DNA of 64,000 nucleotides from Candidatus Binatia bacterium. GTDB lineage: Bacteria; Desulfobacterota; Binatia; UBA9968; JAJDTQ01. Below, one piece after another: positions 58,587 to 64,000 of the stretch (positions are counted from its first letter, which is position 1; every line of letters starts with the position of its first letter). The stretch covers positions 34,788 to 98,787 of the forward strand of contig JAJDXX010000064.1 of assembly GCA_022823055.1 (NCBI GenBank). Reading direction: 5' to 3'. The notes beneath the pieces are model-generated. The model saw only the letters and a program-made list of their open reading frames with translations, ran no database searches and was not told where the DNA came from. The position numbers and the translations under genes are program-made.

Positions 58587-59636
58587 ATGCGACTCGGCCG
58601 ACTGTTCACGCTGGTCGTCGCACTCGTACTGGCGGCATCCACGGGAGCTTTCGCGCAAAAGTGGCAGGGAATCGCCGAAGCGGAGAACAAGATCGTATTC
58701 TCCGGAAGCGACTTGGACGACTACCTGGCGCTTCACTACTACCAGCCCTTCGACGCAAGCAACTCCCAGGAGAGCTACCGGGCCCGATGGACGGTCGGTC
58801 CCGGTCGTCGAACCGTCTTTCGGATTGATCTGAGGATACTCCCTCCCGATCACCACTTCCCCACCGACCGGGAAGTTCCTTTGGTTGATCGGTTCACAAA
58901 GGTCTTCGCGAGGTTCAAGAACGTGCCGGTCTCGACCGTTGAGACCGGCACCGCCGGAACGGCGGTGGGGCCGGCCGAGTTTCTGATTCTCGAAGGCGGC
59001 GAGCGCCGATGCGGCGTGTTTCACCTCTATCTCGATGACGGCACCATCAGCCGGCCGGACACGCTCGGCAACGGTGATCTGATGGGTTTCTACTGCCCGC
59101 TTTCCGCTCGAGTTGATGCCCGAACCCTGGAGTCCCTTCTCTCCAAGGTGGGCGTGCGCGGCATCGCCGTTCCGAAGGTGGAAGAGCCACGCGCCGGCGG
59201 TCCGCCGGTATCGCAGAGCCCCACGACGCACCCTCTCACGATCCTCGTGGCCACCGGCGACATCAAGGGGTTGCGCAGGGCCGCGGTCAAGGACTTTGAT
59301 CCGGACACGATCATTCCCTTTCAGCATCCGCGTTTCGCGGGCGGCCGCGTCATAAGGAGACCGATCCTCATGGCGGCGGCTCTCTTCGGCCAGACCGAGA
59401 TGGTGGTGTTCCTGCTGAAGAAGGGCGCTACCACGCGTGGGCGGTCGTCCGGAGCGATCTGTGCGGCCATTGCCATGAAGCATCCCCAAATAGTTGACGT
59501 GCTGCTCAAAAAGGACCCGGGACTGAAACACTACGATCACTGTGGCCGGCGGGGCGGTCTCTCCGCGATCGATTTGGCGAAGCGACTCAATCTTGACGAC
59601 ATTGCCGAGAAGCTGCTCGAAGACCCTTCCCGGTGA
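58587..59636 (+). CDS. secreted protein with C-terminal ankyrin repeats
   Basis: Start at ATG 58587 (MRLGRLFTLVVALVLAASTGAFA signal peptide). The C-terminal ~120 aa show ANK periodicity (ILMAAALFGQTEMVVFLLKKGA..., AICAAIAMKHPQIVDVLLKK..., SAIDLAKRLNLDDIAEKLLE). Confidence 0.7.
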   Translation: MRLGRLFTLVVALVLAASTGAFAQKWQGIAEAENKIVFSGSDLDDYLALHYYQPFDASNSQESYRARWTVGPGRRTVFRIDLRILPPDHHFPTDREVPLVDRFTKVFARFKNVPVSTVETGTAGTAVGPAEFLILEGGERRCGVFHLYLDDGTISRPDTLGNGDLMGFYCPLSARVDARTLESLLSKVGVRGIAVPKVEEPRAGGPPVSQSPTTHPLTILVATGDIKGLRRAAVKDFDPDTIIPFQHPRFAGGRVIRRPILMAAALFGQTEMVVFLLKKGATTRGRSSGAICAAIAMKHPQIVDVLLKKDPGLKHYDHCGRRGGLSAIDLAKRLNLDDIAEKLLEDPSR

Positions 59637-59637
59637 C

Positions 59638-61593
59638 GTGGCCGCTCAAGCGTCACGGGGCTCGTACCCCCACGCCGGCGGGCCTGTTCCCGGACGGCGG
59701 ACAGGTCGCGCTCTGGCCTTGATCGCCCTCGTGGCCGCCATGGTGCCTGCATCCTGCCGTCATGCCACGGCTACCCTTCAGCTTCATGCGCCGCCCCGGA
59801 CGGAGTGGCATGTCCTGTCCTACGACGGCGCCAGGATGATCGTCCAGGAGGACCACGAAGGGCAGACACTGTTCGACGTGGTGGAAACCTCTTCAGGTCG
59901 ATCTCTCGGACTCTTGAAGCACTCCTTCGTTCGGGCCGTTTGGGGCGAGAACAGCGACGTCGCTTACGCGGTCGCCAAGGACAAGCAGGTCTACCGGTTG
60001 TCACTGGACGCCGAGACCGTACGAATGGACAAGGTGGCCCTTACCGGACCGGAAGCTATCCCGGCGAACCAGGCTCCCAGGGTCCTCGTCTTTCCGTCAC
60101 GGACCGTTCCCTTTCTCCTCGCCCGAGGTTCACGACGGCACCGGCCGGTCTATCGTTGCGATTTGAGCCCGGCCTCGAGCGAACATCGAACGGAGACCCG
60201 GTGCCGTGTGTTGATCGAAGATGGGCGGAGCGTGGTACGCTGGCTCACGACGGCCAAGGGCCGAATCGTCGCCAGGATCAAGTTGTCGGTCACCGGACAA
60301 CACGTATTCCAATCCCTGACGCCGACGGGAGAGTGGGACTACCGGTTCCACTTTGCCCCGCACTACACCGAGCTGAAGCCTATCCGGTTCGTGCAGCGGG
60401 ACGGCACGGTATGGGCACTCTCCAACCGGCAGCGCGAGCGGGTAGCGCTGGTCCGGCTGAATGTCGAGACGGGCGAGGAGGACGTCTTCTTCGAGCACGA
60501 TCACCATGATCTGACCAAGGCCCTCGTCCTGTTCGACGAGGACGGGGAAGGCACACCCTTGCTGGCCAGCTATGACCCGGACTACCAGGTCGTCGTGCAT
60601 TTCCATGACGGACTCGCGGCTGCATACGAGGCGCTGTACGAAAAGGTCGGCCGACCGTCGCGTATCGATTTGGTAAGCCTGGACCGAATGGAAAAATCCG
60701 CCGTCGTCCTGGTGGAGAACCCTCGGCTGTATCGTAGCTGGTATCTTCTGGATCTCGAAAAGAAAACGTCCCGGGAACTGTCGGCCAGCTCTCTGGCGTC
60801 GTATTCGCCGTCTCCCTCTCGACCCGTGACGTTCCCGGCACGCGACGGACTTGAGCTTTACGGCTATCTCACCTTGCCTCGGGACCCCGATGCCGCCCGT
60901 CCCCCGCCGATGATACTCATGCTTCACGGCGGGCCATGGTCCAGGTACTTCTGGCCGGACGGCGCGTTGGTTCAGTTTCTTGCCGGCGAGGGATACGCGG
61001 TGCTCAGGCTGAACTACCGCGGATCCGCCGGATACGATCGAAGCTTTCTCGCCGCCGGGAAAGGGACTTTGTTCGGGAGCATGCAGCACGATGTCCTGGA
61101 TGCCGCCGAATGGGCCGTCGCGAACGGGCACGCCACGCGCGATGGGATCGCGCTGTTGGGGGGCAGTTTCGGCGGATTCCTGACGCTCGTGATGCTGGCG
61201 CATCACCCCGACCGATTCCAGGCGGGGATCGCCATCAATGCCGTCACGGATGCGGTCGAATTTTGGAGAACCGACTGGCGGCGTCCCAACAACCGTGTAC
61301 CTTGGCAAGAATTCTTCGATAGCGAGTTGCTTCCCGAGGTGGCCTTGGCCGAGGTGTCGCCGGTCAACAACTTCGACCGTTTCGTCGCTCCGGTCCAGTT
61401 GATCGCGGGATCTCGTGACCGCCGCGTCCCGCCCTCCCACTCCCAGGAGATGTTCCATCTGTTGAAGGAGAGCGGCAAGACGGTGCAACTTGTCGAGTTC
61501 GAGTCCGCTCGCCACAGGATCTGGAGCGCGGGCAGGGAATCACATATCGTTGCGTCGTTAGCGGCGTTTCTGGAGGAGCATCTGCACCCATGA
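59638..61593 (+). CDS. S9 prolyl-oligopeptidase-family serine peptidase
   Basis: Provisional GTG start at 59638, 2 nt after the upstream stop. N-terminal propeller-like region. The C-terminal catalytic domain has HGGPW, GGSFGG, ...SRDRRVP... and ...ARHRI. Confidence 0.8.
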   Translation: MAAQASRGSYPHAGGPVPGRRTGRALALIALVAAMVPASCRHATATLQLHAPPRTEWHVLSYDGARMIVQEDHEGQTLFDVVETSSGRSLGLLKHSFVRAVWGENSDVAYAVAKDKQVYRLSLDAETVRMDKVALTGPEAIPANQAPRVLVFPSRTVPFLLARGSRRHRPVYRCDLSPASSEHRTETRCRVLIEDGRSVVRWLTTAKGRIVARIKLSVTGQHVFQSLTPTGEWDYRFHFAPHYTELKPIRFVQRDGTVWALSNRQRERVALVRLNVETGEEDVFFEHDHHDLTKALVLFDEDGEGTPLLASYDPDYQVVVHFHDGLAAAYEALYEKVGRPSRIDLVSLDRMEKSAVVLVENPRLYRSWYLLDLEKKTSRELSASSLASYSPSPSRPVTFPARDGLELYGYLTLPRDPDAARPPPMILMLHGGPWSRYFWPDGALVQFLAGEGYAVLRLNYRGSAGYDRSFLAAGKGTLFGSMQHDVLDAAEWAVANGHATRDGIALLGGSFGGFLTLVMLAHHPDRFQAGIAINAVTDAVEFWRTDWRRPNNRVPWQEFFDSELLPEVALAEVSPVNNFDRFVAPVQLIAGSRDRRVPPSHSQEMFHLLKESGKTVQLVEFESARHRIWSAGRESHIVASLAAFLEEHLHP

Positions 61594-62516
61594 ACTACAC
61601 CAGACTCGGCAACACCGGGCTCGATGTAAGCGTCGTCGGACTCGGTTGCGGCGGCCCCAGCCGGCTCGGACAGCGTGGCGGGAAGAGCACGGACCACTCC
61701 GTCCGGCTGGTGCGGCAGGCGCTGGACCTGGGCGTGACCTTCCTGGACACCGCGGAGAACTACGGCACGGAAGAGATCGTCCGCGCGGCCATCCGCGACG
61801 TGCCGCGGGACCGCATCGTGATATCCACCAAGAAGATCATGCCCGAGCCGGGCTATCCCGATCCGGCGGGTTTCATGCGCGCGGGAGTGGAGGCGAGCCT
61901 CAAGCGGCTGGGCACGGACTACGTGGACGTCTTTCATCTCCACGGGGTGAGCGAGGAGCGCTACGACTTCGCGGCGGGCGTGATGGCGCCTGTCCTCGGG
62001 GAGCTGCGCCAGGAGGGGAAGATCCGCGCGGTGGGAATCACCGAGGAGTTTCCCGCCAACCCGCGGCACGAGATGCTGCGGCGCGGGCTGCAGGATCCGT
62101 GGTGGGACGTGGTCATGGTGGGATTCAACCTGCTGAACCCGTCGGCACGGCGCAGCGTGTTCCCGCTCACGCGGGAAAAGGGCGTGGGGACGCTGGTGAT
62201 GTTCGCGGTGCGGCGGGCGCTGAGCCAGCCGGCGCGGCTCGCACGGCTGCTGGTGGAAATGGAGCAGCGCGGCCTCGTGGAACCGGGCGCGGACCTGGGA
62301 TTCCTCACGGACGACGGTTGCGCCGGGAGTCTGACCGAGGCGGCCTACCGCTTCTGCGTGCACGAGCCGGGCACGGACGTGGTGCTGACGGGCACCGGGG
62401 ACGAAGGGCACCTGGCAGCCAACATCGAGGCGGCGCTCAAGCCGCCGTTGCCGGCCGGGGCGCTGGAACGGCTTGAGGCGCTGTTCGGGGATGTGGACTC
62501 GGTGACGGGAAACTGA
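61590..62516 (+). CDS. aldo/keto reductase
   Basis: MNYTRLGNTGLDVSVVGLGCG...FLDTAENYG is the canonical AKR N-terminus. 4-nt overlap with the upstream gene. Confidence 0.9.
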   Translation: MNYTRLGNTGLDVSVVGLGCGGPSRLGQRGGKSTDHSVRLVRQALDLGVTFLDTAENYGTEEIVRAAIRDVPRDRIVISTKKIMPEPGYPDPAGFMRAGVEASLKRLGTDYVDVFHLHGVSEERYDFAAGVMAPVLGELRQEGKIRAVGITEEFPANPRHEMLRRGLQDPWWDVVMVGFNLLNPSARRSVFPLTREKGVGTLVMFAVRRALSQPARLARLLVEMEQRGLVEPGADLGFLTDDGCAGSLTEAAYRFCVHEPGTDVVLTGTGDEGHLAANIEAALKPPLPAGALERLEALFGDVDSVTGN

Positions 62517-62522
62517 CCTCGA

Positions 62523-63401
62523 TCACCCGAACCGGCCGGTGATGTAGTCCTCGGTGAGTGGGTGGATGGGGTTGGTGAATATCTGGTCGGTCGGCCCTAC
62601 CTCCAGCAAATCTCCCAGGTGAAAATAGGCGGTGCGCTGCGACACACGGGCGGCCTGCTGCATGGAGTGGGTGACGATGGCGATGGTGTAGTCCGCGCCC
62701 AGCTCGTTGATGAGGTCCTCGACGCGCGCGGTGGCGATGGGGTCGAGGGCGGAACAGGGCTCGTCCATCAGTATGACCTCGGGGCTCACGGCGATGGTGC
62801 GGGCGATGCACAGGCGCTGCTGCTGGCCGCCGGACAGGCCGGTGCCGGGCTGGCGGAGGCGGTCGTTCACCTCTTCCCACAGGCCCGCGCGCTTGAGGCT
62901 GTGCTCCACGATGCCCTCGATCTCGGACTTGGACTCCGCCAGGCCGTGGATGCGCACGCCGTAGGCGATGTTGTCGAAGATGGACTTGGGAAAGGGGTTG
63001 GGCTTCTGGAACACCATGCCCACCAAGGCCCGCAACGGCACCACGTCCATGTCCTTGGCATAGATGTCGTTGCCGTCGAGCTTGATCTCCCCTGTCATGC
63101 GGCAGCCGTCGATGGTGTCGTTCATGCGGTTGAGCGCGCGCAGGAACGTGGACTTGCCGCACCCGGACGGGCCGATCATGGCAAGCACCTGCTCCCGGCC
63201 TATGTCCAGGCTCACGTTCTTGATGGCATGGTTGTCGCCGTAATGGACGTTGACATCGCGGCAGGTCATGCGCGCATCGTCAACGAACGGCGTGCCCACG
63301 GTTTCGCGGCTTTCGCGGCGCTCGTCGACAAGGTCGACCTCGGCTCCACGGAATTCCAGCGACCCTGTCTCCATCGCTGCTACACCCGGTTGATCGGCCA
63401 T
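62523..63401 (-). CDS. pstB: phosphate ABC transporter ATP-binding protein
   Basis: Start at ATG 63401. [44 protein letters not shown] and the C-terminal ...[10 protein letters not shown]. Confidence 0.93.
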   Translation of the reverse strand: MADQPGVAAMETGSLEFRGAEVDLVDERRESRETVGTPFVDDARMTCRDVNVHYGDNHAIKNVSLDIGREQVLAMIGPSGCGKSTFLRALNRMNDTIDGCRMTGEIKLDGNDIYAKDMDVVPLRALVGMVFQKPNPFPKSIFDNIAYGVRIHGLAESKSEIEGIVEHSLKRAGLWEEVNDRLRQPGTGLSGGQQQRLCIARTIAVSPEVILMDEPCSALDPIATARVEDLINELGADYTIAIVTHSMQQAARVSQRTAYFHLGDLLEVGPTDQIFTNPIHPLTEDYITGRFG

Positions 63402-63481
63402 AACGGCGTCTCCTGAACGGTTAGCGTGCCGTCTCCGAACCCCCGCGGGCTCGCGCGCCGGCACCTTCTTTTTTGCCAGTC

Positions 63482-64000
63482 TTACCAGCGTCTTTCAAAG
63501 CGCCGCCGCAGCACGACGGCCAGGGCGTTCATGGCAACGAGGAACGCCAGCAGGACCATGATGGCGGCGGACGCCCTTTCCACGAAGGCACGTTCCGGGC
63601 TGTCCAGCCAGAGAAAGATCTGCACGGGCAGCGCGGTCGCCGCATCCGTCACGCTCTGCGGAACGTCCACCACGAACGCGACCATCCCGATCATGAGCAG
63701 GGGCGCGGTCTCGCCGAGGGCCCGGGCCATGCCGATGATGGTCCCGGTCAACATGCCGGGCATGGCCAGCGGCAGCACGTGATGCACGATCATCTGCAAC
63801 TTGGAGGCACCCACCCCCAGGGCCGCCTCCCGTATCGACGGCGGCACGGACGTGAGCGCCGCGCGGCCGGCGATGATGATGGTCGGGAGCGTCATGAGGG
63901 TGAGCACCAGTCCCCCCACCAGGGGCGCCGAGCGCGGCAGGCCGAACAGGTTGATGAACACCGCCAGCCCGAGCAGGCCGAAGACGATGGACGGCACCGC
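63482..64000 (-). CDS. pstA: phosphate ABC transporter permease (3' part; gene runs off the window)
   Basis: ...[36 protein letters not shown] is the typical PstA C-terminus. The ORF is open to the window edge. Confidence 0.85.
   Translation of the reverse strand, partial: AVPSIVFGLLGLAVFINLFGLPRSAPLVGGLVLTLMTLPTIIIAGRAALTSVPPSIREAALGVGASKLQMIVHHVLPLAMPGMLTGTIIGMARALGETAPLLMIGMVAFVVDVPQSVTDAATALPVQIFLWLDSPERAFVERASAAIMVLLAFLVAMNALAVVLRRRFERRW

Overview
A 64-kb, GC-rich (roughly two-thirds G+C by eye), densely coding bacterial chromosomal fragment, probably from a Gram-negative-type organism (lipobox lipoproteins, LolB/DUF4292-like, DUF3108). I support about 60 genes. I saw no rRNA, tRNA or CRISPR array.

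Gene content:
- Housekeeping genes: ligA, rsmI, mgtE, pgi, sdaA, pstB and pstA.
- A large accessory catabolic repertoire with an aromatic/CoA-ester flavour. It holds a Rieske oxygenase alpha-beta-alpha cluster, two family-III CoA-transferases interleaved with split MaoC hydratase subunits, and a BoxB-like diiron oxygenase. It also holds an HdrD/GlpC-like Fe-S protein, an RraA-like aldolase, dienelactone hydrolase, three amidohydrolase_2 paralogues and a biotin-domain-less carboxyltransferase. The remainder are an enolase-superfamily enzyme, an amidase, an acyl-CoA ligase and a racemase.
- Three solute-uptake systems: a TctC-type binding protein, a polar amino-acid ABC system without an ATPase gene, and a complete Dpp/Opp-type ABC system.
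- Four intact type II toxin-antitoxin (TA) modules: two vapBC, hicAB and higB with higA-ImmA.

Most notable observations:
1. The higB/higA-ImmA module lies in a 2.1-kb unit bracketed by an exact 20-bp direct repeat. A decayed second copy of an internal sdaA segment sits at its left edge, which looks like an integration footprint, but no recombinase is present.
2. The HigA antitoxin is fused to an ImmA/IrrE (M78) metalloprotease domain.
3. Three of the four TA modules abut gene remnants: an sdaA fragment, a truncated fumarate-lyase-family gene, and a frameshifted PIN gene plus a transposase-OrfA-like remnant.
4. pgi has no ATG/GTG/TTG start that can encode its conserved N-terminus. The likely start is ATC, downstream of a strong RBS.
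5. There is an orphan BoxB-like oxygenase and an alternating CoA-transferase/hydratase operon.

Limits: all family calls rest on motifs I recognise by eye. Start codons are inferred from RBS and homology logic. No database search was possible.
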